IMG/VR virus record: IMGVR_UViG_3300037468_000575
Coordinates: 1-64,000 of that record
Source of the DNA: a virus
Lineage: Duplodnaviria; Heunggongvirae; Uroviricota; Caudoviricetes
Direction: 5' to 3' (one strand)
Length of the DNA: 64,000 bases
Shown piece by piece: positions 1 through 9,081 of the stretch; within the stretch, counting starts at the first letter, position 1; every line of letters starts with the position of its first letter. The position numbers and the translations under genes are program-made. The notes below the pieces were generated by a model that was not told the DNA's origin, made no database searches, and saw only the letters and a list, made by a program, of their open reading frames with translations.

Positions 1-106
1 TTGATGTTCTAAATTGTATTTAACTGCTAGGTCGATAATCTTTATTCCTACACTAGACTGTAAGTTATGAAGGTATTGTTCTATAAGGTTCATGAAATTG
101 ACTTCC

Positions 107-643
107 TCATATTTTTATTTTTGTAGTGACTTCAAATCTATATAAATTATCTGAAGGACTAAGCTTAACATTATTAATTTGTCCTAAAGTTGTTAATTCA
201 ATAAATTCTACTTTATGTGTTTTTACAGATACATATACTTCAACTAAAATATTAAACTCAGCTTGTTTGTTATCTTTTACTGGATTTGTTTTTCCATAAT
301 GATCTTCTTCTTCAAATCTTAATTTAATGTAATTTGATTGAACTTGTTTATTAGTTAAATGAAGAGTATCTAGTGTTTTAGATATTCCCATATATGTTTG
401 TACAGGAAATGTTAAAAGATATTTATTACGGTATTTTATACCATCTTGTTTAAACTGAATAGATATATTTTTTATATGTTTTGAATAGTTTGTTTTTATA
501 GCATTTAAAACATTTGTTCGAAGTTGGTTTGATTCTAGTTGCTCTTGCAGTAAAGGGTTAAGAACTGTATAACGTTGCTCTTGTAATATACGTTTCTGAT
601 AGATATTTTCTAAGTAATTTATATTTGTCTTGTTATGTTTCAT
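107..643 (-). CDS. hypothetical protein (178 aa)
   Basis: Long minus-strand ORF co-oriented with neighbours; no recognisable motifs. Confidence 0.5.
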   Translation of the reverse strand: MKHNKTNINYLENIYQKRILQEQRYTVLNPLLQEQLESNQLRTNVLNAIKTNYSKHIKNISIQFKQDGIKYRNKYLLTFPVQTYMGISKTLDTLHLTNKQVQSNYIKLRFEEEDHYGKTNPVKDNKQAEFNILVEVYVSVKTHKVEFIELTTLGQINNVKLSPSDNLYRFEVTTKIKI

Positions 644-655
644 GTTAGAGTGTCC

Positions 656-994
656 TTATTGTCTGCATATATTATATAGTTTATCAATGGGCCAATACTC
701 TATTCCTTCTTGATATTCTCTATGGGAATCAATGTTAATAGTTGGCCATTTATCTAATGTTATATACTTCCATTCGTTATTAATTTGAACTTGACATTGA
801 GCATGATAGATACCTTTATTAGATTGAGGAGTCTTTTGAATTTCAATCCTTGTTGTGTAACCAAGTCTCTCAGCAGCTAAACAAGCAACAAGTGCTGCTT
901 CTTCACAGTTAATACTATCAGAGTTCTTTATATTATGAAGAGAACATGCTGTTAAAAGAATAACTAATAAAATGAGTGTTAGAATAAGTTTCAT
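656..994 (-). CDS. lipoprotein with transglutaminase-like Cys-His-Asp domain
   Basis: N-term MKLILTLILLVILLTAC (signal + lipobox LTAC); CEEAALVACLAAERLGY...GIYHAQCQVQINNEWKYITLD resembles transglutaminase-like core (C ... H-A-x-x-E-V ... D). Confidence 0.5.
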   Translation of the reverse strand: MKLILTLILLVILLTACSLHNIKNSDSINCEEAALVACLAAERLGYTTRIEIQKTPQSNKGIYHAQCQVQINNEWKYITLDKWPTINIDSHREYQEGIEYWPIDKLYNICRQ

Positions 995-1279
995 TTGTAA
1001 GCTAGTCCTTTAATTAGTTTCAGCTTTAATTTGTTGATATATTTGTCTTACAAGCTGTATCCATTTCTTAGCTTTTGGTTTTGTATTAGCCTTTATAGTG
1101 AAAAATTTTTTTATAAAAAATATCGTAAATTACGTTCTTTTCAAAATCGAATTTTTTTGTACAACGTAGCACATAGGTACCTTTTGTAATCGTACTTCGA
1201 ATCTCGTCGGGTTTTCTAGATAGAATTATTTTTCTAGCGATAGAATTATCTTTCTGGATACGACTACCCTCTACATACG

Positions 1280-1552
1280 TTAAGTCACTGTTTCATCTTT
1301 CTCCCAAACAATCTTGTATGCAACTATTATATCATCCTTATCAAATGCAGTACAATCATCACATACTCCACGATTTAGGTTTACATCTCCTATCAAATAT
1401 TCCAACCCATTTTTTAATCGTACTAACATTCCTGGTTTTACTAAACCTCTAAAGACAAGACTATCAATTTCTGTTTCTCTAAAGTTATTATTAATATAAC
1501 AAGGACCAAAAGGAATATTTAATTCAATCCACCCTTCATCATTATTTTTCAT
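1280..1552 (-). CDS. hypothetical protein (90 aa)
   Basis: ORF only. Confidence 0.4.
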   Translation of the reverse strand: MKNNDEGWIELNIPFGPCYINNNFRETEIDSLVFRGLVKPGMLVRLKNGLEYLIGDVNLNRGVCDDCTAFDKDDIIVAYKIVWEKDETVT

Positions 1553-1796
1553 TTTTCAAATTATCCTATTCATTTAGCAGTAAACTCACTTATATACATA
1601 CTTAACCACATTATTCCTGTGATAAAAATTATTATTAAGACTATTAATTCTTGTTTCACTTTATGAACCTCCTAATATCTTTATACATAGCATGATAGCA
1701 ACAATACAATGCTAATACGATGTAACCCCATACCAAGACACATAACATAAAGTCTAAGATAGATTGTTTCATGCAGTTGTCTCACATAATAACACC

Positions 1797-2267
1797 TTAT
1801 GGTACAGGATTTGGATATATATTTTGTACAGGATCTGGATACCTTTTAGGGTATGTCGGCGCAACAATATAATCAGCAGGATTCGTTTGCTTCAATCCAG
1901 TAAAATAATAAAACTCTTGCGTACGCTTTTGTAGCGCATTTGTTGGCTGTTGAAACGAATCTAAATACCACGGACTCGCGAACACATCAGCCAATGGTTT
2001 ATTATAAGTCATATCCATTGTCCGATAACTATATAAATCAGTTGGATAAGTATATAAGTCTTGACGAGCATCATAATATCCACGATCGTTTGAATGGTTC
2101 CAATTATAATTATAGCTCTTAAAATCTATTGTTGAAAATGTATCTGTCTGACCATTTGTTTGCGTTATAAACTTGATTGGGTCACCTGTCTGTTCTTGAC
2201 AAAATCCATTTGGATTACAAGACCAACATACAATAATCATTAAAACCAAACCTAGAATTTTTTTCAT
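1797..2267 (-). CDS. secreted/lipoprotein, hypothetical (156 aa)
   Basis: N-term MKKILGLVLMIIVCWSC hydrophobic signal with Cys; Tyr/Asn/Pro-rich mature part. Confidence 0.5.
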   Translation of the reverse strand: MKKILGLVLMIIVCWSCNPNGFCQEQTGDPIKFITQTNGQTDTFSTIDFKSYNYNWNHSNDRGYYDARQDLYTYPTDLYSYRTMDMTYNKPLADVFASPWYLDSFQQPTNALQKRTQEFYYFTGLKQTNPADYIVAPTYPKRYPDPVQNIYPNPVP

Positions 2268-2619
2268 GTTCCCTCCTCTTGTTTTTAACTTCTCTAATTA
2301 AGAAAAGTAGACAAAAAAATAAGAATGATCTTATATACTTAACTAGTCACTTTTAACACTTTATTACCTTTCTATATTATGACAAGGATTGTTTCTTAAC
2401 AAAGTATCCTATTAGAATCATTATGGAATTTGTGTTAGAAGTTTTTATTGGCTTAGTCAATTTTCTTGGTCTTAACATTAACACATTATATAATTTATGC
2501 CATTCATAGGAAAACGCCCTACGCATACTTGCCATTTTTAAACTCAGCCATTGTTTTAGATTGTTTGTCATATACTAAGATGGTTACTTCCTATTACTTA
2601 AATATGAAGATAAAAAACG

Positions 2620-2841
2620 TTAGGAACATGCTCGCTTATTTTTTTTCCTGTCGAAAAATCGAATTATAAAGTATGTTAAAAACAAAGTCCCGGCAAATAA
2701 ATACATAACGAATGCTGCACTCCAATAAGAATGTGTGAAGCTCATTATAAAAGCAAACGCTTCGTTGTATCCTAGAGGATTGAAAAAAAATGCTAGGGCT
2801 AGAATTATTTCCCTCAGGTTGTTCCTGTTTAGCACTGTCAT
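2620..2841 (-). CDS. small membrane protein (73 aa)
   Basis: Hydrophobic ORF; AAGGAGG 8 nt upstream of ATG at 2841; preferred over overlapping frame 2636..2845. Confidence 0.35.
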   Translation of the reverse strand: MTVLNRNNLREIILALAFFFNPLGYNEAFAFIMSFTHSYWSAAFVMYLFAGTLFLTYFIIRFFDRKKNKRACS

Positions 2842-2854
2842 CCATACGTCCTCC

Positions 2855-3802
2855 TTAATTAAGTTCTAAGACCTTAGATGTAATATTAGATTGTCCATAT
2901 TCACTTAATAGCGCAATAACCTCTGATGGATAAACTAACTCTTGAATTGCAACTGTTGATGAATTCTTTACACCTAGTGCTTTCTTATATGATCGATAAA
3001 TGGGATTCAATATATGACTGTATTCTTCTCTTAAATCAAAAAAGTAATTTAAGTCTTTGAGAAATATAGCAATGATTTTTATATAATCATCTAAGAGTAT
3101 CATAAATTGTTCATTCTTTAAATTACTAAGACCACGTAATTCCGTTTGTATTAACATACTATATTTAATAAGAGACCCAGATGGAACGTTACCAGCTATC
3201 ATTTCTATATTACGAAATAAAAATGATATAATACTAAACACAGTCTTATCATCTAACTTATCTTCTTTAATATTAAAAATCTCACAAAATAAAGATCTAT
3301 AAAAAGATATCAACTCTTCTCTAAAAGTATGATAGAATTTATTTGCATCTACAAATGCAGCCCTATGAGATAATTCATGAACTGTTAAGTTAGCAAGAAA
3401 GTTATTGGATACATAACTAAAGATATTAGAATCATTAGATATTAAGATAACAACTCTTCCATCTACTGGATTAAAGAACCCAGCAATTGATTTAATTCCT
3501 GCTGGTCCAAACAATCTCCATGCAATATGATGAAACAATCCTTTTTGTAAAAAGCATGGGATTAATATTTTCTTTGTAAGAAATCCCTGGACTTTATTTA
3601 CATACTTGGTAGTCTTATCAATTTTACTTAACGCTTCAATATATTTTTCGTTTAAATGATCTGACCCATATAAAGGAGCGTTATCTAATTTAATAATTTC
3701 TTTTAAACCAGTGGGTGTAATAAAGACTTCTTGTTGAATGTTATTTAGATTATCTTTTAACATTATATTTCTCCTATTGCTTTTTATACCAGGAGAGAAC
3801 AT
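2855..3802 (-). CDS. hypothetical protein (315 aa)
   Basis: ORF immediately downstream of terminase, overlapping its stop. Confidence 0.55.
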   Translation of the reverse strand: MFSPGIKSNRRNIMLKDNLNNIQQEVFITPTGLKEIIKLDNAPLYGSDHLNEKYIEALSKIDKTTKYVNKVQGFLTKKILIPCFLQKGLFHHIAWRLFGPAGIKSIAGFFNPVDGRVVILISNDSNIFSYVSNNFLANLTVHELSHRAAFVDANKFYHTFREELISFYRSLFCEIFNIKEDKLDDKTVFSIISFLFRNIEMIAGNVPSGSLIKYSMLIQTELRGLSNLKNEQFMILLDDYIKIIAIFLKDLNYFFDLREEYSHILNPIYRSYKKALGVKNSSTVAIQELVYPSEVIALLSEYGQSNITSKVLELN

Positions 3803-5447
3803 CTATTAACCCGCCTGTCTCAGCTATTTTAGATATGTTCTCTTGAATGTCTCCCATAACCATCTGGTTTAAGTCCGCCTCTGGTGTTTTAAAGTTCGTA
3901 TTAACATGTGCCACTAGATCATCAAGAGACTTGGAGTGACTGCTGGTATCTAACATAATACCTTGTGGATCATACTTCTTAACATAGAAACATAATGCTG
4001 ACGCCAAAGCTAAGTCATCATGACAGTCCTGGTCAGCTTCAACCCTTCCATTCTTCTTCTGAATCAAGCCAGCTAACTCTAAAGCTAACCGCTCACTCCG
4101 AATGATCTCAGGGAATTGGCTCACATACGCATATAATGCATCTATCATCAATGGTCTAGTTTTTATATTATTACTTAAACCAGAAACTCTATTCTCTTCC
4201 CCTCTCTTTTCTCTATAAACCATCCATCCATATTCACTATCCTCTAATTCTTCTATTACTTGATTACCATATGAATTACTTTCAACTACAATGATCCCTG
4301 GATAATCATTTGCTGCAACCTTTGCAACTTTGACTAGGTCTTTGATTTTTCCTTTATGTTGATATTCCCACACTTGTTCTAATGTTTCATAATCCCAGAC
4401 AGTTATCCCAGATTTATCTAGTCCATTTTCTGGTGCTGAATCTATTCCTATAATATATCTCTTCAAGGACTCTGGTAAACTAAAGACCCAGATTTCTCCA
4501 TTAAACATTTTATAGATATTAATTGGTTTCTTAACACAGTTTTGAACTGTTTCTATAGTTTGAGCATCAAAGAATGATCCTTCAGTTGGTAAGAACTTTA
4601 ACTCTAATTCTTGTGCTATCTTTCTTGCATCATTATCAAATAGAGCACATTGATTCTTATACCAATGTGGATCATGTGCTAACTCTGGTATTTGTTTCCA
4701 ATGAATAGTAAATGGTTTGAATATATCATCTCCAGTTAAAGAGTTACTATATCTCTTAAAGAAGAATTTACCTACACCTACTGTTTTATTTGGAGTTGAC
4801 AATATAATAGTTCCATAAGGGATATTCTTAGCTCTTGCTTGTTTTTGGTTTGTACTTAAAGCTGGTACCATAGCTGTCCAAGCTTCTTCTATATAATTAA
4901 CGAATGCAGCTTCATCTATAACTAAGAGTGTAATTGCTTTTCCTCTAAGAGTTTTAGTTGGAGCATTTGGTGCTACTGTTGATGCATATACTTTAGATCC
5001 ATTTGTTAATATAAATGATTGCTCAGTTCTTTTAGCAAATCCTCTACCTGATTCTCCACCTTTTGGTTTCATCCATTCAGGTAGTTTCTCTACCATTCCT
5101 CTAATTGCGCGAGCAAAATCTGTAGCTTCTTTTCCATCTTTACTTATTAAACCAACTACTACATTATCATAAAAGATAACTAACCATGCTGAATATGCTT
5201 GAATGATAGTTGATATTCCTATTTGTCTACTCTTTAATGTAATGACATAATGTTCTTTATGTAGTAAGTTTATTAATTCATTTTGTTTTTGATATGGTTT
5301 GAATAATTGATCTCCACCTGGTAATTCTAAATAGACATACGTCATACAAAAGTAATTAAAATTAGTTTTACATTTCATAAACTCAGAAACATAGTATTGG
5401 GCTTTTTGAGTTTGTTGACTAGTGATTTGATGTATTTGTTGGGCCAT
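3774..5447 (-). CDS. terL: terminase large subunit (T4 gp17-like)
   Basis: Walker A-like LKSRQIGISTII (cf. T4 SRQLGKT), Walker B ITLLVIDEAAFV, C-terminal nuclease region IIGIDSAPENGLDKSGITVWD; 557 aa. Confidence 0.85.
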   Translation of the reverse strand: MAQQIHQITSQQTQKAQYYVSEFMKCKTNFNYFCMTYVYLELPGGDQLFKPYQKQNELINLLHKEHYVITLKSRQIGISTIIQAYSAWLVIFYDNVVVGLISKDGKEATDFARAIRGMVEKLPEWMKPKGGESGRGFAKRTEQSFILTNGSKVYASTVAPNAPTKTLRGKAITLLVIDEAAFVNYIEEAWTAMVPALSTNQKQARAKNIPYGTIILSTPNKTVGVGKFFFKRYSNSLTGDDIFKPFTIHWKQIPELAHDPHWYKNQCALFDNDARKIAQELELKFLPTEGSFFDAQTIETVQNCVKKPINIYKMFNGEIWVFSLPESLKRYIIGIDSAPENGLDKSGITVWDYETLEQVWEYQHKGKIKDLVKVAKVAANDYPGIIVVESNSYGNQVIEELEDSEYGWMVYREKRGEENRVSGLSNNIKTRPLMIDALYAYVSQFPEIIRSERLALELAGLIQKKNGRVEADQDCHDDLALASALCFYVKKYDPQGIMLDTSSHSKSLDDLVAHVNTNFKTPEADLNQMVMGDIQENISKIAETGGLIDVLSWYKKQ

Positions 5448-5524
5448 ACTATTAATATATTCTCCCTTTTCATGATTCTACTTTATTATTTGTTCCAGTT
5501 ATTTATCATCTTTTAAACAAAAAA

Positions 5525-5560
5525 AATAGAGTTAGTTTTAACCATAACTCTATTTTTTTT
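5525..5560 (-). terminator. factor-independent terminator hairpin
   Basis: AATAGAGTTA-10nt-TAACTCTATT, flanked by an A-run and a T-run. Confidence 0.55.
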
Positions 5561-5595
5561 GTACCTGAACGGAACGTAGATTCTTAGCCGGCAAC

Positions 5596-5916
5596 TTATG
5601 CCTCAGGATTCTCCATATTCAACATAGACAAATCTAAATGATCCTGATGGGGATGTATATCCGGTTGACATTTCGTGTTAATAGAACTGAGCATTGTCTC
5701 TACGAATATCCTAGTATTCAAAGAGAGAACTTCAAGAATATCTTTCTTCTGTTTTTCAGATAACTCGGAAGACAATAATGTTGATAGCTCTTTAGCTCTT
5801 TCAATTACTCTCTGCCAGCCGGTATTGTAAGGATCTTCTGGGCAGCAACCTAGTATATCTTTCAATTTCTCTGGATGTCTTTTTCTCCATTCCCTTTGGT
5901 ATTCTGCACTAGCCAT
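5596..5916 (-). CDS. hypothetical protein (106 aa)
   Basis: ORF upstream of terminase; separated from it by a hairpin terminator. Confidence 0.45.
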   Translation of the reverse strand: MASAEYQREWRKRHPEKLKDILGCCPEDPYNTGWQRVIERAKELSTLLSSELSEKQKKDILEVLSLNTRIFVETMLSSINTKCQPDIHPHQDHLDLSMLNMENPEA

Positions 5917-6005
5917 AAATTGTTCCTTTCATGTTTTAGATTTTCACTATTTTGAAAGTAGAAAGCTGTTAGGAAAACCAACTACTTCCTAACAGCTTTC
6001 TACAC

Positions 6006-6233
6006 TTATACTAAGTAAACTCTGTAACTGGTTTGTGGGCGTACATCAATTTTCCACTTTGCATGACAGGAATCACAAGTACATGTTTGATTGTCAATAT
6101 CCTGTATAATGTTTGGTGGAGCATCTTCTTCGGTATAACTCTTCATGTGACTGCCATTAGCCTGTGACTGAACCTCGACAGAAATCCCCCCACACCTTGG
6201 ACATCTCAACCACACTGAATCATACAATCCCAT
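6006..6233 (-). CDS. small zinc-ribbon protein
   Basis: CPRCGG ... CTCDSC pairs; ATG at 6233 preceded by AAAGGAGGG; track start 6278 is TTG. Confidence 0.45.
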   Translation of the reverse strand: MGLYDSVWLRCPRCGGISVEVQSQANGSHMKSYTEEDAPPNIIQDIDNQTCTCDSCHAKWKIDVRPQTSYRVYLV

Positions 6234-6276
6234 AAGTCCCTCCTTTAATGGATGCAATAAATAGTTCTTTCCTACC

Positions 6277-6291
6277 AATTAATATATATAG
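6277..6291 (-). promoter_or_regulatory. conserved AT-rich promoter-like motif (plus-strand reading AATTAATATATATAG)
   Basis: ~27 nt upstream of RBS/ATG of gene 6006..6233; same 15-mer at 9056, 14144, 63875. Confidence 0.5.
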
Positions 6292-6321
6292 TAGGATACT
6301 ATCTAATTTCAAACAAAAAAC

Positions 6322-6355
6322 TAGAGTTAGTTTGTTTGAACCTAACTCTATTTTT
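6322..6355 (-). terminator. terminator hairpin, near-copy of the 5525 element
   Basis: TAGAGTTAG-11nt-CTAACTCTA + TTTTT; A-run upstream. Confidence 0.55.
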
Positions 6356-6485
6356 GCCTTCTTGTTAAAAGTAACATAGAGAGTTCCTGTAAAAAAAAAG
6401 TATTTGTCATATGAATCCAAAGAATAGAATAACTGCAAGTATTATAAGTTCATCTTTCATCATTATATCTCTTTCTCTTTCTTGA

Positions 6486-6499
6486 TATATGTAGATATA
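6486..6499. promoter_or_regulatory. variant of the promoter-like motif (ATATATGTAGATAT)
   Basis: Shares ATATATGTAGATA with the 16671 copy; lies upstream of terminator 6322-6350. Confidence 0.3.
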
Positions 6500-6521
6500 G
6501 TCAGATATACAGAGATTAGAA

Positions 6522-6731
6522 CTAACTTATAAACTTCTTATAACCGGGATTTGATAACTGTCGAAATTTGTCACATATATTATATTCGCATGTTATCTTA
6601 ACAAGACATTCTTTACAAGGACAATCTACTTGTTTCTTAAGACGTATGAAACTGCAATGACCCTCTATATAACAACCATTACATTCTATAGGGGTAGAAA
6701 TCATTTTAGTAACTACTTGATTGATTTCCAT
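6522..6731 (-). CDS. Cys-rich microprotein family member 1 (CPCxxC[LI][VI]K)
   Basis: ECNGC...HC...DCPCKECLVKITCEYNIC. Confidence 0.5.
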   Translation of the reverse strand: MEINQVVTKMISTPIECNGCYIEGHCSFIRLKKQVDCPCKECLVKITCEYNICDKFRQLSNPGYKKFIS

Positions 6732-6928
6732 CTACCCTCCAAAGAACGATCATATACATAGACTGAGGTGCTATGAAATCTAGCCATTGTTGTCTCAAAT
6801 ACTTGACATACATTATTTTCACACATTGTTTTTACAAGACATTCTTTACATGGGCAATCTTCTTCTCTCTTATAATGTTGTACAATACATGGAGGGTCTT
6901 GGATACAACCTTCACATTCTTTTAACAT
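6713..6928 (-). CDS. Cys-rich microprotein family member 2
   Basis: MLKECEGC...PC...DCPCKECLVKTMCENNVC. Confidence 0.5.
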   Translation of the reverse strand: MLKECEGCIQDPPCIVQHYKREEDCPCKECLVKTMCENNVCQVFETTMARFHSTSVYVYDRSLEGRWKSIK

Positions 6929-6962
6929 ATGATTATCTCTTGTTTTGAAAACATTCGTATTC

Positions 6963-7151
6963 TTACTCGGACTGTTGAATCCGTACTAGCTCATCAATAC
7001 TAGATGTAAGAATTTGATATGGATGACAAATGTCACTACAAATACCTTTAATGATACAGGTTTTACAAGGACAATCGTTTTGTCTATTGTTTATACGAAT
7101 CTCACATTTAAGGGAACCTTCTGAACAATCTTTACATTCTTTTATCATCAT
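6963..7151 (-). CDS. Cys-rich microprotein family member 3
   Basis: MMIKECKDC...KC...DCPCKTCIIKGICSDIC; AAGGA RBS. Confidence 0.5.
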   Translation of the reverse strand: MMIKECKDCSEGSLKCEIRINNRQNDCPCKTCIIKGICSDICHPYQILTSSIDELVRIQQSE

Positions 7152-7170
7152 TTATCCTTCGAAAGGAAAA

Positions 7171-7204
7171 AATAGGATTAGCTCAACCACAATCCTATTT
7201 TTTC
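7171..7204 (-). terminator. terminator hairpin
   Basis: AATAGGATT-11nt-AATCCTATT + T-run; A-run upstream. Confidence 0.5.
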
Positions 7205-7398
7205 CTTGTAGTCCATTGTTGTAATAAATTGGTGTTTCGTTCTGAACAGGTTTTACTGCATACAACTTTAACGATACAGGTTTTACAAGGGCAACCTGGA
7301 CTGACATCTAACATGTAGCACCATTTAAACATACACCCTTGACATTCTTGTTCTAATTTTTGTCTACCCTCGCTAGAGTTTGTATTTACATTTATCAA
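7195..7398 (-). CDS. Cys-rich microprotein family member 4
   Basis: ECQGC...WC...GCPCKTCIVKVVCSKTC. Confidence 0.5.
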   Translation of the reverse strand: MINVNTNSSEGRQKLEQECQGCMFKWCYMLDVSPGCPCKTCIVKVVCSKTCSERNTNLLQQWTTRKK

Positions 7399-7774
7399 TA
7401 ATGTTATTCCATTCCCTGCCCAATTTGTCTATATCAGGATTCAAAACCTCTCGTTGACCCTGTCCGTCATTAAGATCTATAAATACCTTCGGAGGCTGAT
7501 CCTTGGATGATCTAAACTTCTCAGTATCTTCATCAGCAGGAGATTCATTTGAGAAAAGTAATGAACTCATCTCTGTAAGAAGGCTTTGGATATCGATCAC
7601 AAGTTTAAGAACAGAGGATTCAAAATATGTAAGTATTTTTGGTTCTCTTGTTCCCGAATCGATTAGTTCTTTGATCTCTTTGATATACGGGGGTTCACCC
7701 TTATTCAACATGTTAATCCTCCCTTCGTTTTTGTGATTCGTCATAAATTTGTTTGGCGTCTTTAATTGCCTCAT
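7373..7774 (-). CDS. hypothetical protein (133 aa)
   Basis: ORF; interrupts the Cys-rich array. Confidence 0.4.
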   Translation of the reverse strand: MRQLKTPNKFMTNHKNEGRINMLNKGEPPYIKEIKELIDSGTREPKILTYFESSVLKLVIDIQSLLTEMSSLLFSNESPADEDTEKFRSSKDQPPKVFIDLNDGQGQREVLNPDIDKLGREWNNIIDKCKYKL

Positions 7775-8216
7775 CAGTTATGTCAGGCCCCTCTTGCGGA
7801 CCTAGGCTTTTATCCCAATCCAGAAATTTCTTTAGATCATGAGACATGGTCCGTTTCTCACAACCTGGATCTTTTTCTTCTTCAGGATGACACGTATCAT
7901 CAAGCTCTTGCTCATGCGTATAATCAAGTCCGCCATTAGGATCAAACATATCATCTGATCCAGCCATTGGGTCGTGTTTGGTAGGTTTCCTAGTCATAGA
8001 CGATTCCTTTTCAGTTAGTTGTTGTATACTGAGAATGACTCCAGAATGGATTGCACAAACTACATCGTCCACGGGTTGACCATCTTTTTCCAGATACCAG
8101 CGTTGGTGATTGGTATTTAATTCATCCATTTTGGGGTGTAGTTCCTCTAGCGTTTCGCCCACCGCTTCCTCTTGATATGTAGTACCGCAGTTCATTGACG
8201 CAAATAATACAAACAT
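7713..8216 (-). CDS. acidic hypothetical protein (167 aa)
   Basis: ORF; Asp/Glu-rich. Confidence 0.45.
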   Translation of the reverse strand: MFVLFASMNCGTTYQEEAVGETLEELHPKMDELNTNHQRWYLEKDGQPVDDVVCAIHSGVILSIQQLTEKESSMTRKPTKHDPMAGSDDMFDPNGGLDYTHEQELDDTCHPEEEKDPGCEKRTMSHDLKKFLDWDKSLGPQEGPDITDEAIKDAKQIYDESQKRRED

Positions 8217-8229
8217 AGATCGTCTCCTT

Positions 8230-8451
8230 TTAATCTTTTTTCTTAGACTTTTTTAGTCTATAAGTTCTATTATATTGTGACCGTTTAACTTTTTGTTGCG
8301 GAATCCATTTCTCCTTCCACTGAGGATGCCAATCAAACCATTGTCTTTTATATTCTTTTGCTGAGTTTATTTTATTAAACTTCATGATTTCTTTATCTGC
8401 CGGTGCCAATTTGAAACTACATTCTCCATTTGGGTGAATCGTAATCAGCAT
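8230..8451 (-). CDS. small basic protein (73 aa)
   Basis: ORF; Lys/Arg-rich C-terminus. Confidence 0.35.
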   Translation of the reverse strand: MLITIHPNGECSFKLAPADKEIMKFNKINSAKEYKRQWFDWHPQWKEKWIPQQKVKRSQYNRTYRLKKSKKKD

Positions 8452-8463
8452 TCTTTTCTCCTT

Positions 8464-8670
8464 TTATGTTCTATTTTTCCTTCGTGATTCAATCGCAATC
8501 TTCTTTTTATTTCCTCTTTTCTTTCGAAAGATTCTCTTCAAAGGTGACTGACTGAATTTCACTTTTCTCATGGTAGTTCCTAATCCTCCTATTCTATCAA
8601 GAACATCTGGTGCAAATGGATCATCTTCTTTGAATGGTTCTAATTTATGTAATAAGAACAATTGATTCAT
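8464..8670 (-). CDS. small basic protein (68 aa)
   Basis: ORF; KKRGNKKK tail. Confidence 0.35.
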   Translation of the reverse strand: MNQLFLLHKLEPFKEDDPFAPDVLDRIGGLGTTMRKVKFSQSPLKRIFRKKRGNKKKIAIESRRKNRT

Positions 8671-8691
8671 AATACTCCTGTTTTCTCTTGT

Positions 8692-9012
8692 TTATGGTTC
8701 AAGTGACTTCAATGCATATTCAAGCATCTTTAGAGCCCCGTGATACCATTCTCTCGCTCCAGGATGGGTTTGACAAACTAGTATATCTTTGAAATAAAAA
8801 TATTTATCTGTTTGATACCTTTGATATCTTGCACCGCAAACGAAGCATGGTTGAACTGGTTCGTTTTGATATATGTTTCGGCCTCCGTCTTTTCTTAAAA
8901 CAATGCGTTTATTTTCGAGAACGATATCTATTTCCTTGACTTTCCCTAGTTTTTGTACTACCAGCTCCAACTTTTTTATCTTATCAGATTTGCATACTTT
9001 TTTGTTCTTCAT
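8692..9012 (-). CDS. hypothetical protein (106 aa)
   Basis: AAGGAGAG RBS; promoter motif ~45 nt upstream; CFVCG...C..H. Confidence 0.45.
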   Translation of the reverse strand: MKNKKVCKSDKIKKLELVVQKLGKVKEIDIVLENKRIVLRKDGGRNIYQNEPVQPCFVCGARYQRYQTDKYFYFKDILVCQTHPGAREWYHGALKMLEYALKSLEP

Positions 9013-9055
9013 TACACTCTCCTTGAATAAATGTTTAGGGTTAGATCTTTCAATT

Positions 9056-9070
9056 AATTAATATATATAG
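9056..9070 (-). promoter_or_regulatory. conserved promoter-like motif
   Basis: AATTAATATATATAG; ~28 nt, then AAGGAGAG RBS, then ATG of 8692..9012. Confidence 0.5.
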
Positions 9071-9081
9071 GAATATCATTG

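Noticed and set aside
2636-2845. Alternative 69-aa frame overlapping 2620..2841
   Set aside because: Its ATG is only 4 nt from the SD, versus 8 nt for the hydrophobic membrane-protein frame. The membrane frame is preferred, but the call is uncertain.
5448-5470. Additional copy of the promoter motif just upstream of terminase (CTATTAATATAT)
   Set aside because: It shares only the ATTAATATAT core and lacks the TATAG and TAGATAC flanks. That is too weak in 30% GC DNA.
6220-6438. 72-aa minus ORF 6220..6438
   Set aside because: It starts with TTG and spans a terminator hairpin (6322-6350) and the promoter-like motif (6277-6291). More likely a regulatory intergenic region than a gene.
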